Notes: generated by a model not told the origin, from the letters alone. Shown: positions 1 to 10,127, numbered from the stretch's first letter. The stretch: DNA of 64,000 bases from Desulfobacterales bacterium (GCA_016931455.1 JAFGES010000104.1:2685-66684), one strand, 5' to 3'. A program made the numbers and translations.

Positions 1-1016
1 TTTGCACCATGCCGAACACAAAACCGGTTAATGATAATAGGCAGGTTACCGAATATATAATAAACAAAGCTGCAGGGGTAGACACCGTTCGAGTTTATCC
101 GGTGGCGGCAATCAGCAAAGGCCTTGAAGGAAACGGTTTGGCCGAATATGGAGAGTTGAAGGAAGCCGGTGCAATCGCTTTCTCGGATGACGGTTGTCCG
201 ATCGTCAATAGCCGGCTGATGCGGAGGGCTTTGGAATATGCCAAAGGTTTCGGTATGCTGATTATTTCTCATTGTGAGGATCTTGATCTTGTAGGAGCCG
301 GTGTAATGAACGAGGGGGCATTGGCTACGCGAATGGGCTTGGCCGGCATCCCCAATGCGGCTGAAAGCATCATGGTTATGCGTGATATAGCGCTTTGCGA
401 ATTAACGCAAGCCCCGCTTCACATTGCTCATGTGAGTACTAAGGAATCCGTACGAACGATTAGAGAAGCTAAAAAAAGAGGTATTCCCGTTACAGCAGAG
501 ACGGCGCCGCATTATTTTACACTCACTGAAGATGCCGTCGAAAAATACAACACAAATGCGAAGATGAGTCCGCCACTGCGCTCTTATGACGACAAAGAAG
601 CCATTTGGGAAGGGCTATCCGACGGAACTTTGGATGTTATTGCTACCGATCATGCGCCACATGCCTCGATTGAAAAGGAAGTTGAATTCAATCTTGCCGC
701 CAACGGTATTATCGGGCTCGAAACCGCTCTTTCTTTAGGCTTGAAGTTGGTTGATAAAGGTTTCCTTACCATTAATAATCTTATTGAAAAAATGTCTAAA
801 AATCCGGCACGAATTCTTGGAATAAAAAATACTTTAAAAATCGGTAGTGTTGCCGATATTACAATTATTGATCCTGATGTTTTATATACCGTAGATTCAG
901 ATTGTTTCCATTCCCTGAGCCGTAACACACCCTTCAATGGATGGAAGATGAAAGGCAAAGCTGTTGTTACAATCGTCGGCGGCAAAGTTGTTTTTGATGA
1001 TTTGTCAAAAAAATAG
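1..1016 (+). CDS. pyrC: Dihydroorotase (5'-truncated by window edge)
   Basis: Frame open from window start (..CTMPNT); motifs [43 protein letters not shown]. Confidence 0.95.
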   Translation, partial: CTMPNTKPVNDNRQVTEYIINKAAGVDTVRVYPVAAISKGLEGNGLAEYGELKEAGAIAFSDDGCPIVNSRLMRRALEYAKGFGMLIISHCEDLDLVGAGVMNEGALATRMGLAGIPNAAESIMVMRDIALCELTQAPLHIAHVSTKESVRTIREAKKRGIPVTAETAPHYFTLTEDAVEKYNTNAKMSPPLRSYDDKEAIWEGLSDGTLDVIATDHAPHASIEKEVEFNLAANGIIGLETALSLGLKLVDKGFLTINNLIEKMSKNPARILGIKNTLKIGSVADITIIDPDVLYTVDSDCFHSLSRNTPFNGWKMKGKAVVTIVGGKVVFDDLSKK

Positions 1017-1078
1017 GTTTATTGATTTATTCTCCTCAAATTCTTTCAATTTTTAACTACAAAAAAATAAAATAAAAT

Positions 1079-2479
1079 ATGTCAAAAGCGGTCCCGCACA
1101 TCCTGGTTGTTGATGATGAACTCAGCATGCGTGAGTTGCTTGAATTGATGCTGATTCGGGAAGGATATAAGGTCTCATGTGCCGAGAATGGTCGGCAAGC
1201 CGTTTCAATGCTTGAAAAAGTAAATTTTGATCTTTTGCTTTGTGACATTAAAATCGGAAATATTTCCGGTCTTGATGTGTTGCGGGCGGCAAAAAAAAGA
1301 AATCAAGATACTGTAGTCATCATGATATCAGCTTATGCAACAACGGAAAATGCGGTTGAGGCAATGAATGATGGAGCTTATGACTATGTTCCCAAACCTT
1401 TTGATAATGATGAGCTGAAACAGACCGTTGCGAAGGCTCTAAATTTAAAAACAATAGAGCATGAAAAGCAGTTTTTGGGCGATGAGCTCAAAAAAAATTT
1501 ACATTTTGGAAAGATTGTCGGCAATAGCCCCAGGATGCATCATATTTACAAAATGATCATGCAGGTTGCCAAGACCACCACGAGTGTTTTGATTACCGGT
1601 GAAAGTGGAACGGGAAAGGAATTGATTGCAAGAGCGATTCATGATGAAAGTGAGCGCTGCGATCAGGAATTTGTTGCCATAAATTGCGGCGGTATACCGG
1701 AAAACTTAATCGAAAGCGAACTTTTCGGTTACAGAAAAGGTGCCTATACCGGTGCGACACATGATAAAAAAGGGCTTTTTGAGACAGCGGATAAAGGCAC
1801 GCTTTTTCTTGATGAAATAGGGGAACTCAGCACCCAGTTGCAGGTAAAACTGCTTAGGGCGGTTCAGGAGAAAAGGTTTAAGGCTGTCGGCGGCAATAAG
1901 GATATATCCGTCGATATTCGAATTATTTCCGCTACGAATAAAAAACTGGAGGATGAAGTGATCGCCGGTCGATTTCGGGAAGATCTTTTCTATCGTCTAA
2001 ATGTGATCGAGATCAAGATGCCTCCTTTGAGAGAAAGAAAAAGCGATCTGCGTGCACTTGCCCAGCATTTTCTTGAAAAATATTCCCGTCAAATGGGTAA
2101 GGAGATGGCTAAAATTTCCTCATATGCCATTGATTTGCTGAAAAAATACGATTTTCCCGGAAATATTCGTGAACTCGAAAACCTAATTGAGCGCAGCGTT
2201 GCCCTTTCCAGCACCAATATTCTTTTGCCGGATAGTCTTGCCCTTTCCATTCACAAACAGAGGTGGATTGAAGGCATAAAAGGAAGGCGCTTTGATCTGG
2301 ATGAAGTTGCTCACGGTGTTTCCCTTGATTCCATCTTGGAAGAAATTGAAAGCGCATATCTTAAAAAAGCCATGGACTGCACAAACGGAAATAAAAATAA
2401 GGCGGCTGAATTGCTCGGTGTCAGTTTTCGTTCGTTCAGATATCGCCTCAGCAAGTTAGGGCTTGATAAGGCGGAATAA
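1079..2479 (+). CDS. pilR: Sigma54-dependent response regulator (REC-AAA+-HTH), PilR-like
   Basis: REC (VVDDE, CDIK), GESGTGKE, ESELFG, GAYTGA, FREDLFYRLNV, C-terminal Fis HTH ending FRSFRYRL; directly upstream of pilin. Confidence 0.85.
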   Translation: MSKAVPHILVVDDELSMRELLELMLIREGYKVSCAENGRQAVSMLEKVNFDLLLCDIKIGNISGLDVLRAAKKRNQDTVVIMISAYATTENAVEAMNDGAYDYVPKPFDNDELKQTVAKALNLKTIEHEKQFLGDELKKNLHFGKIVGNSPRMHHIYKMIMQVAKTTTSVLITGESGTGKELIARAIHDESERCDQEFVAINCGGIPENLIESELFGYRKGAYTGATHDKKGLFETADKGTLFLDEIGELSTQLQVKLLRAVQEKRFKAVGGNKDISVDIRIISATNKKLEDEVIAGRFREDLFYRLNVIEIKMPPLRERKSDLRALAQHFLEKYSRQMGKEMAKISSYAIDLLKKYDFPGNIRELENLIERSVALSSTNILLPDSLALSIHKQRWIEGIKGRRFDLDEVAHGVSLDSILEEIESAYLKKAMDCTNGNKNKAAELLGVSFRSFRYRLSKLGLDKAE

Positions 2480-2672
2480 AAAAGACTACCCACAAGCTAC
2501 GATCTTCTCCCATACTTGAATTTCAATCAATCACACCCTTATTGTTTTCTTTAACTCCTTGATACAAAATATACATTATATTTCTACTATTTATAAGTAT
2601 TTTGGAGTACTTGTCAGTTGCGAGATCCACTAACCATTCCTATTCCGTTTTTGATTACTGATTTCTAGTGGT

Positions 2673-2689
2673 CTGACATTTTTTGTCAG
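2673..2689. promoter_or_regulatory. Palindromic upstream activator site (candidate PilR binding site)
   Basis: Perfect inverted repeat CTGACA-N5-TGTCAG about 120 bp upstream of the sigma54 promoter. Confidence 0.6.
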
Positions 2690-2807
2690 GCAAAAATCAC
2701 AATTTGTAAATTATTCTTTATTTAAACGGTGGGGAAGAATAAACATAGAAAACTATATTCTATGTAATTATAGGATGTTAAAATGTTTTTTGTCCGTAAG
2801 AAGATAG

Positions 2808-2823
2808 TGGCATATCCTTTGCT
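2808..2823 (+). promoter_or_regulatory. Sigma54 -24/-12 promoter of pilA
   Basis: TGGCATATCCTTTGCT; GG and GC separated by exactly 10 nt. Confidence 0.85.
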
Positions 2824-2994
2824 CTGTAAACTTATAAAAAAATAAAGCCTTATAAGAGTAGAAAAATTAAAGTCAAAGGGGGGTGAGAACGAAATTAAAA
2901 AAAAGAACTCTGAGAAAAAATGGATATTATTACGACACTAAAAAAAATTCAGCAAAACTAATTTTTATCAATTACATAAATAGGAGGTTTCAGC

Positions 2995-3387
2995 ATGATT
3001 GAAAGGTTAAGAGGAAAGAAGGAACAAGGTTTTACCCTGATTGAGTTGATGATCGTTATCGCTATCATTGGTATTCTGGCGGCGATCGCCATTCCAAACT
3101 TTATTTCCTATCGAAATAAAGCGTATTGCAGTGCGGCTGAAAATGATGCTAATACGATTGCGGCAGCTCTTGCAGACTATTACAGTGATCCGGATAATAC
3201 TAGTCTCCCAGGCAGTGCGGCTGCTATGAGTTTGACCTTATCTTCCAAAGGTGGTCTCAACACTTCAGCGATCACAGGTAGTCCCAATACAATTATCTCA
3301 ATTGCTGTTACCGATACAAGTGGACGGTGCCCAAGGGGTACATCTTACGTTTTGGAAATGGGCGCCTCATCAGGATATTGGAAATAA
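2995..3387 (+). CDS. pilA: Type IVa major pilin
   Basis: Prepilin site QG|[22 protein letters not shown]; RBS AGGAGG; own sigma54 promoter and terminator. Confidence 0.92.
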   Translation: MIERLRGKKEQGFTLIELMIVIAIIGILAAIAIPNFISYRNKAYCSAAENDANTIAAALADYYSDPDNTSLPGSAAAMSLTLSSKGGLNTSAITGSPNTIISIAVTDTSGRCPRGTSYVLEMGASSGYWK

Positions 3388-3405
3388 ACTTAACCGGCTA
3401 AAACT

Positions 3406-3446
3406 ATGTATAAAAGGGAGGAATTTTCTCCCTTTTATACATTTTT
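3406..3446 (+). terminator. Intrinsic terminator after pilA
   Basis: 15-bp perfect stem ATGTATAAAAGGGAG / CTCCCTTTTATACAT, 7-nt loop, T run. Confidence 0.8.
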
Positions 3447-3501
3447 GCGTCCGGCTAATAAATTCACTTTTCGTTTCGAAAACGCTTTGCGGATATTGCG
3501 T

Positions 3502-4668
3502 ATGAAAAAAACGAAACAAAGTTTACCTTTTTCGTTTAGCGTTTATTTTTGGCCCATCGTTATCCTTGCCGTTTCGGGTCTTATCGATTCCATCTACCTT
3601 TCCATATCTCACTACCGAGTTTATACCGATGTTGCCTATAGGAGTTTTTGTGCCGTTTCCAAGGCAATAAACTGTGATACGGTTTCGCAAAGTCCTTATT
3701 CTATTTTTCTGGGTGTTCCGGTTCCCGTATGGGGAGTGGTTGGATATACTTTGTTTCTGCTTTTTATGCCGTTTACTCGGCAAGCGGAAGCGGAAAAAAA
3801 ACGGGTATGGCCGCTGCTTTTTCTAATTTCGTTTGCCTTTAGTCTCTATAGTATCATTCTTGCACTGATTTCCACCTTTCATATTCATAGCTACTGTATG
3901 ATGTGCATTCTAAGTTATGGAATTAATTTTACGCTTTTATTTTCCACCTGGATTGTTAGAAGGCGGTTTGGCGAAAAAAATCTCTTAAAAGCCTTAAAAC
4001 AGGATATCGGCTTTTTACGGCAAATGAAGACAAAGGCGGTTTTTTTATTTTCACCGCTTCTAATTAGTGTGATCTTATTAATTTTATTTTTTCCAACCTA
4101 CTGGAATTTTGTTCCGCCACCCCTTTCCAATCATATTGCCCATGGGATAACCGAAGATGGGCATCCATGGATCGGTGCTGAAAATCCTGAAATCGTCATA
4201 ACGGAATTTACCGACTACCAGTGTTTCCAATGCAAAAAAATGCATTTTTTTCTTCGTAATCTTGTTGCAAAAAATTCCGAAAAAATCAGACTGGTTCATC
4301 GTCATTATCCAATGGATCATGAGTTTAATCCGATTGTAAAGCAACCTTTCCATATCGGCTCCGGCACCCTGGCGCTTTTAGGAATTCATGCGACGGACGC
4401 GGGTAAGTTCTGGAAAATGAATGATGTTTTGTTTAACATCACCAAAGATGCCCAAACCATTGAAGTTAAAGAACTGGCGGAAAAGGTCGGATTGGATTTA
4501 AAGGCACTTTCATACTCAAGATATGATCGCAATGTCCGATTAAAACTTATAAAAGATATCAAAGATGGGCTGAAACTCGGAATTGGTGGAACTCCGAGCT
4601 ATGTTATCGACGGTAAAATGTATGTGGGGCAGATTCCAGCGGACATAATAAAAAAAATTTTGAGCTGA
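3502..4668 (+). CDS. VKOR-DsbA(thioredoxin) fusion disulfide-bond formation protein
   Basis: VKOR motifs FC...NCDTVSQSPYS and CMMC; C-terminal thioredoxin fold CFQC and GTP cis-Pro loop; start moved to ATG 3502 because ATG 3406 lies in the terminator stem. Confidence 0.85.
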   Translation: MKKTKQSLPFSFSVYFWPIVILAVSGLIDSIYLSISHYRVYTDVAYRSFCAVSKAINCDTVSQSPYSIFLGVPVPVWGVVGYTLFLLFMPFTRQAEAEKKRVWPLLFLISFAFSLYSIILALISTFHIHSYCMMCILSYGINFTLLFSTWIVRRRFGEKNLLKALKQDIGFLRQMKTKAVFLFSPLLISVILLILFFPTYWNFVPPPLSNHIAHGITEDGHPWIGAENPEIVITEFTDYQCFQCKKMHFFLRNLVAKNSEKIRLVHRHYPMDHEFNPIVKQPFHIGSGTLALLGIHATDAGKFWKMNDVLFNITKDAQTIEVKELAEKVGLDLKALSYSRYDRNVRLKLIKDIKDGLKLGIGGTPSYVIDGKMYVGQIPADIIKKILS

Positions 4669-4688
4669 GCAAAAGATAACGAGGAATA

Positions 4689-6479
4689 ATGAACATTAGC
4701 GGCTTTGCGACTTTATGTCGGACGGTTCGGCTATCACACGCTTTATCGTTTTTCAGTCTAAAAACGTTTTTCAAAATATTAATAATCGGGCTTTTAACGA
4801 GCTTGGTTATTACTGTTATTATCCTTGCAAGTGTCCCTCCTGTTTCCAGGGATGCGCTCACTCACCATCTTGCAGTTCCCAAGCTCTATCTCCAACATGG
4901 GGGTATGTTTGAAATTCCCTCCCTGAAATTTTCTTATTACCCAATGAACTTGGATCTTCTGTACATGATTCCTCTTTTTTTCGGAAACGACATCATTCCG
5001 AAATTTATTCATTTTATATTTGCCCTGCTCACGGCATTTCTTATTTTTCGTTATTTAAAAAATCGGTTGGATAGCATTTATGGTCTTTTGGGAGTGCTGT
5101 TTTTTCTTTCGCTGCCTGTCATTATAAAACTTTCAACCACTGTTTATGTTGACCTGGGGCTTATCTTTTTTAGTGCGGCGGCACTTATTTACTTTCTTAA
5201 ATGGATCGAAAATCAGTTTAAGCTGAAATATTTGATTATTAGTTCCGTTTATTGTGGTTTGGCCCTGGGGACAAAGTTTAACGGGTTAATCGTATTTTTT
5301 CTTTTAACCCTTTTTGTGCCGTTTATCTATTCAAGGGTGATGCGCAATGAAGCCCATCCAAGGCCGCAGCGGGCATTTGGGTATGGAGTCTTATTTATGC
5401 TCTCAGCGCTTCTGATTTATTCTCCCTGGATGATAAGAAGCTATATCTGGACGAACAATCCTGTCTATCCGCTTTATAATAATTGGTTTAATTCAAAACC
5501 CGCAGCATTGACAGTCGTTGAACCTGGTGACGAGACGAATCCGGATTCAGAGCTTATAAATCCAAAACGTGCCGCAAAACAACCTGCAGGTAAATTTGGA
5601 CATTTTTTAATCAGAAAGCTCATATTTCAGGAAGCTTGGTGGCAGACCGCTTTGATACCGATTCGGATTTTTTTTGAGGGTCGAGATGATACGCCGAAGT
5701 ATTTTGATGGCAAACTGAATCCTTTTTTATTTTTTTTCCCGTTTTTTGCATTTTATAAGTTAAAAACTAATTCTCCCATTTTAAAGATTGAAAAAAAAGC
5801 TTTGCTTTTATTTGCCGTTTTGTATCTTCTATTTGCTTTTTTTCAGACGGATATGCGGATTCGCTATATTGCTCCCATCATTGCTCCTCTCACGATTCTT
5901 TCCGTATTCGGTTTGCATGAATTAATGATGTTGATTCAAAAACAAGCTTCAGTATCATTTCGTCGGATTTGTACCGGATGTGTATCGGCAGTTGTAATAC
6001 TATTAGTGGGTATGAATTTTGCTTACATTGTCGGAGAATTCAAAAAGGTTGATCCGATGAGCTACCTCAGCGGGCAAGTGGATCGGGATGCCTATATTAG
6101 AAAGCATCGGCCGGAATATTCCGCCATTCAATTCGCCAATCGAAATCTTGCTGAGAATGCCGGCATATTTTGTTTTTTCTTGGGAAATCGTCGCTACTAC
6201 AGCGATAGAGAAATGTACTTTGATATTAATTTATTTCAAAGAATTGTACAAAAGGCCGATTCCCCGGAAAAAATTTTAAGTGACATTAAGAACAAAGGCA
6301 TGACGCATCTATTGATTAAATATAAACAGTTTAATGATTGGGCCAACAGCGACTTTAACATCGATGAAAAGAAAATGATGAATGCATTTTTTAACGAACA
6401 GGTAAAACTGCTGTTTTCTGAAGATGGCTATGGATTATATCAATTAGAACCTCAAAAGCCGGTTCTAACCTTGAAATAG
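4689..6479 (+). CDS. Polytopic GT-C fold glycosyltransferase (ArnT/PMT-like)
   Basis: Many TM helices; DALTHHLAVPK, YVDLG, GTKFNG, NNPVYP, RYIAP motifs. Confidence 0.7.
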   Translation: MNISGFATLCRTVRLSHALSFFSLKTFFKILIIGLLTSLVITVIILASVPPVSRDALTHHLAVPKLYLQHGGMFEIPSLKFSYYPMNLDLLYMIPLFFGNDIIPKFIHFIFALLTAFLIFRYLKNRLDSIYGLLGVLFFLSLPVIIKLSTTVYVDLGLIFFSAAALIYFLKWIENQFKLKYLIISSVYCGLALGTKFNGLIVFFLLTLFVPFIYSRVMRNEAHPRPQRAFGYGVLFMLSALLIYSPWMIRSYIWTNNPVYPLYNNWFNSKPAALTVVEPGDETNPDSELINPKRAAKQPAGKFGHFLIRKLIFQEAWWQTALIPIRIFFEGRDDTPKYFDGKLNPFLFFFPFFAFYKLKTNSPILKIEKKALLLFAVLYLLFAFFQTDMRIRYIAPIIAPLTILSVFGLHELMMLIQKQASVSFRRICTGCVSAVVILLVGMNFAYIVGEFKKVDPMSYLSGQVDRDAYIRKHRPEYSAIQFANRNLAENAGIFCFFLGNRRYYSDREMYFDINLFQRIVQKADSPEKILSDIKNKGMTHLLIKYKQFNDWANSDFNIDEKKMMNAFFNEQVKLLFSEDGYGLYQLEPQKPVLTLK

Positions 6480-7823
6480 ATGAATTATAAAATATTTCAT
6501 TTAGGTGCCGAACACTGCGTAACCGGTTCCTGTCATCTCCTGCAAACAGCCGGCCTTAACATCATGGTCGATTGCGGTATTACACAGGGTCAAGATACAT
6601 CTCGGCCGATAGAATCTTGGCCGGTTAAGCCGTATGAAATTGACTATCTTTTCATAACTCATGCCCATATCGATCATACGGGTCGGATACCGGATTTGAT
6701 TGAAAAAGGTTTTCAAGGCGAGATTATTTGTACGGCTCCCACTAAAGCACTTCTTATTCCCATGCTGAATGATGCTATGGCATTTTCCGAGAGGCAACCC
6801 CATGAAATTGACAAATTGTGTCAAAGCATTGACGATTTGTCATGGGGATTTGAATATAATCAGAAATTTTCATTGAAACACAGGGTATCGTTTAAGTTCG
6901 GCAATGCGGGGCATATACTCGGTTCCTGTTTTATTCGATTTGAATCTGAAAAGCCTACTTGGTCAATCATTTTTTCCGGAGATATCGGTGCAAGAGAAAC
7001 TCCACTTCTGCCGGACCCTGATGCGGCTGATTCATGCGATGTGTTGATACTCGAATCCACCTATGGTGACGGTTTTCATGAAGATAGAAAAGATAGGGTT
7101 AGACGGCTCGGAGAAATATTAGAGCGAGCGATATCTGATAAAGGTAAAGTTTTTATTCCCTCTTTTGCCTTAGGGCGCACGCAAGAATTGCTATATGAAA
7201 TGGATCGATTATTTTCAGATTCCGTTTTAAAACAAGCCTTTCCAAAGCTACATCAAATCCGCCGGATACCTGTGTTTTTGGATTCACCGCTAGGCCTTGA
7301 GGTGACCAATATTTATAATCGGCTTTCTGATTTTTGGGATCAAGAAGCGCGTAAAATCCAACATAGCGGCAACTCACCCATTGATTTCGATTACCTTTAT
7401 GCTGTCGAGAACTACAAAGATCATCTTAGAATTTTAGATATTCCAGGCCCGGCTATTATTATTGCCGGAAGCGGGATGTGTTCAGGCGGCAGAATTATGG
7501 AACATTTGGAAAAAGGACTTGAAGATAGCAAAAATGATATATTTTTTATTGGCTGGCAGGGAAAGAAAACACCGGGAAGATACATTATTGAACATAGCCG
7601 AAAACCCGGAGGTTATCTTTATTTGAATGGAAGTAAGATAAAAATTCATGCCAAAGTTCATTGCTTGACCGGCTATTCGGCTCATGCGGATCAAAAAGGC
7701 CTGGTCGATTGGGTAAATTCCATGCCGGAAAAGCCTAAAAAGATCAAACTCGTTCATGGAGAACCATCGGCGCAGAGTTTACTGGCCGGGGTTTTAAGAA
7801 GTCAAGGATATAGGGTCATCTAA
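6480..7823 (+). CDS. MBL-fold beta-CASP ribonuclease (YSH1-like)
   Basis: VTGSC, DCG, THAHIDHTG, AGHILGS, ESTYG, GRTQE, SGMCSGGR, SAHAD. Confidence 0.88.
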   Translation: MNYKIFHLGAEHCVTGSCHLLQTAGLNIMVDCGITQGQDTSRPIESWPVKPYEIDYLFITHAHIDHTGRIPDLIEKGFQGEIICTAPTKALLIPMLNDAMAFSERQPHEIDKLCQSIDDLSWGFEYNQKFSLKHRVSFKFGNAGHILGSCFIRFESEKPTWSIIFSGDIGARETPLLPDPDAADSCDVLILESTYGDGFHEDRKDRVRRLGEILERAISDKGKVFIPSFALGRTQELLYEMDRLFSDSVLKQAFPKLHQIRRIPVFLDSPLGLEVTNIYNRLSDFWDQEARKIQHSGNSPIDFDYLYAVENYKDHLRILDIPGPAIIIAGSGMCSGGRIMEHLEKGLEDSKNDIFFIGWQGKKTPGRYIIEHSRKPGGYLYLNGSKIKIHAKVHCLTGYSAHADQKGLVDWVNSMPEKPKKIKLVHGEPSAQSLLAGVLRSQGYRVI

Positions 7824-7825
7824 TT

Positions 7826-8767
7826 ATGAGTCAACCGAAAGTTTCTATTATTATTCCAGCCTACAATGAATCGCAAACAATTGGAGTACTTGTTTCGAAA
7901 ATCAAGGATCTTTATCCTGATTTTGAGATTATCGTTATCAATGACGGTTCAACCGATGATACGCTGAATGTCGCTAAATCCGCCGGAGCGGATGTATACA
8001 GCCATCCGTATAACATTGGCAACGGTGCTGCCGTCAAAAGTGGAATAAGGGTTGCATCGGGTGAGATTCTAGTATTTATGGACGGTGATAGCCAACACGC
8101 TCCCGAAGATATTTCAAAATTGCTGAAATATTTTCCCGACTTTGACATGGTTGTTGCTGCCAGGTCCAATGGTGACCAGACTTCATGGGGACGAGCGATC
8201 GGCAATAAAATCTTTAATTGGCTGGCATCCTATGTGGCTAATTTTCAGGTCAAGGATCTAACTTCCGGTTTTCGGGCCGTTAAATCGGGTATTGCTCGTA
8301 GTTTTGTATATCTGCTGCCCAACACCTATTCCTACCCCACAACCATGACACTCGGTGTTCTAAGAAGCGGAAGAAGTGTAAAATATGTTCCGATCAAAGT
8401 TCAAAAACGAAAGGCAGGTAACAGCAATATAAGAGTTTTCAATGATGGTGTACGATTTTTTATGATTATAAGTAAAATTTGTACCCTTTATTCTCCCTTT
8501 AGAATATTTCTTCCCGTCAGTTTTTTTATGTTTATTTTGGGCTTTCTTTATTATCTGTATACCTTTTTTAGCGTGGGTCGCTTTACAAATATGAGTGCGC
8601 TTTTGTTTACAACCTCCATTATCATTTTCATGATGAGTCTAATTTCAGAACAGATTTGTCAAATGCGATTTGAAAGACGTAGCGGAGATCGTCCGGTTCG
8701 AGCTTTAGATGTATCCTCAAAAGATGAAACTACGCAGAAATTGAGCTTTTTACGATTTCGTCAATGA
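7826..8767 (+). CDS. GT2 glycosyltransferase (DPM-synthase-like, C-terminal TMs)
   Basis: IIPAYNE, DGSTD, DGDSQH, DLTSGFRA; two C-terminal TM helices. Confidence 0.88.
   Translation: MSQPKVSIIIPAYNESQTIGVLVSKIKDLYPDFEIIVINDGSTDDTLNVAKSAGADVYSHPYNIGNGAAVKSGIRVASGEILVFMDGDSQHAPEDISKLLKYFPDFDMVVAARSNGDQTSWGRAIGNKIFNWLASYVANFQVKDLTSGFRAVKSGIARSFVYLLPNTYSYPTTMTLGVLRSGRSVKYVPIKVQKRKAGNSNIRVFNDGVRFFMIISKICTLYSPFRIFLPVSFFMFILGFLYYLYTFFSVGRFTNMSALLFTTSIIIFMMSLISEQICQMRFERRSGDRPVRALDVSSKDETTQKLSFLRFRQ
8723..8764 (-). repeat. Partial copy of the palindromic REP/MITE-like repeat at 54907-55031
   Basis: Reverse complement TTGACGAAATCGTAAAAAGCTCAATTTCTGCGTAGTTTCATC resembles the left arm TTGACGGTAGCGTAAAAAGTCCAATTTCTGAGTTGCGCTTCATT. 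Confidence 0.6.
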
Positions 8768-8830
8768 TTTAAGTAAATCGTAACTCAGTTCCGATGCAAT
8801 TTTGTTTGGATTTATCATTTTTCAAGAGAG

Positions 8831-10078
8831 TTAAGATCTTTCGCATGTTTTTGTTCCCAAGACTAATCTTTGATATATAGCCCACGTCTTTTGGGCAATC
8901 GCTGACCAAGCGAATTTTTCAGCTGCAATCTTTGTGTTTGCAGACATCACTTCGAGTTGATCACTGTCTTTGAGGCAACTGATAATCGCTTTGGCCAGAG
9001 CGTCAGGGTTCTTTGGAGGAACTATAAATCGGGAATCGCTTACAAGCTCCGGTAACCCACCGACATCGGTGACAATCATCGGTTTTCGAAAAGAGATTGC
9101 CGCTGTTCCGACACCGCTTTGGCTGTCAAATTGATGATAAGGTAATATAACTAGATCTGAGGCGGAAAAAAATCGATAAACTTCGTTGGAGGGGATATAG
9201 TTTAAATACGAACTTAAGTAATCATTGATTCTTAGAGTTTTTGCAAATTGCTCGTAAGGCTTCCAATCTTCCCACAACTTACCTGCTATAATTAAACGGG
9301 CTTCAGGGATTTTTTTCAAAACTTCGGAAAATGCGGCAAAAGCGGTATCAATTCCCTTATAAGCTCGAACGGCACCAAAAATAAGAATAACCTTTTGCTT
9401 CGGAGTAAATCCCATTTCTTTGCGAATATCATTGCGGTCGGCATCGCTGTTGAGGTAAAAATCTAAGGTGCCGTGAGGGATCAGGCTTATTTGATCAGGG
9501 TGAATTTGATAGTATTTTATCAATTGTTCTTTGTTACGCTTTGTATGGACGATAAAGTGATCCCCTAATTTGAAAAGCAAGCGTGAAGCCATATAAAAAG
9601 TATAAGATCCTTCATGCGAAAGCACATTATGAACGGTAAAAACAATGGGCTTTCCACGTAGTTTAAAACCTGTGCATATCACCATATAGACCAGCCACAA
9701 AGGTAAGCTCCACCACTGGGCATGCAGCAACTTTGCGTTTGAAAATAAACCGGCATAAATCCAGGAAATGGGATTATACCATGTTAAGCGACGATTGACT
9801 TTGAGGTTTGTGCAAGTCAAGGGCGGAAAAGTATTATCATCTTCAAGATCTCCTCCCGGATAAATGAAAGCAGGATACATTTTTAGAAATGAGATGAATT
9901 CAACCGGCCCTAAATCAGCCACTGCCGTTGAAAGTTCCAAGCAGTAACTGCTGAGCCCCCGGCAAGGGGGCAAAGAACCCAGCATTGCAATTTTTGGGTG
10001 AAGATATTGATTAACTCTTTTTGTATTCAATTCAGTATTATGTTCGATAGTGATAGGATTCTCCTTTAATTGAATCAA
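8831..10078 (-). CDS. GT4 (GT-B) glycosyltransferase
   Basis: FTVHN, FGAVRAYKG, LPY..SQSGV, TDVGGLPE; start codon uncertain. Confidence 0.88.
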   Translation of the reverse strand: MIQLKENPITIEHNTELNTKRVNQYLHPKIAMLGSLPPCRGLSSYCLELSTAVADLGPVEFISFLKMYPAFIYPGGDLEDDNTFPPLTCTNLKVNRRLTWYNPISWIYAGLFSNAKLLHAQWWSLPLWLVYMVICTGFKLRGKPIVFTVHNVLSHEGSYTFYMASRLLFKLGDHFIVHTKRNKEQLIKYYQIHPDQISLIPHGTLDFYLNSDADRNDIRKEMGFTPKQKVILIFGAVRAYKGIDTAFAAFSEVLKKIPEARLIIAGKLWEDWKPYEQFAKTLRINDYLSSYLNYIPSNEVYRFFSASDLVILPYHQFDSQSGVGTAAISFRKPMIVTDVGGLPELVSDSRFIVPPKNPDALAKAIISCLKDSDQLEVMSANTKIAAEKFAWSAIAQKTWAIYQRLVLGTKTCERS

Positions 10079-10098
10079 TCAAATTTTCAATAAAAGTT

Positions 10099-10127
10099 GA
10101 AATTGGACTTTTTATGACGCCGTCAAA
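10099..10127 (-). repeat. Partial copy of the palindromic REP/MITE-like repeat
   Basis: Reverse complement TTTGACGGCGTCATAAAAAGTCCAATTTC matches the left arm of the 54907-55031 element. Confidence 0.6.

Noticed and set aside
2883-3002. Possible uORF in the pilA leader
   Set aside because: GTG start without a properly spaced RBS, low-complexity A-rich sequence, out of frame with pilA
2995-3387. Electrically conductive e-pilin
   Set aside because: Aromatics sit at Geobacter-like positions (F1, F24, Y27, Y32, Y50, Y51), but total aromatic content is only 9/118 (~7.6%) with an aromatic-free gap from residue 52 to 105, which fails the usual heuristics
3406-3501. N-terminal extension of the VKOR-DsbA ORF from ATG 3406
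   Set aside because: That ATG lies inside the pilA terminator stem; ATG 3502 is more plausible
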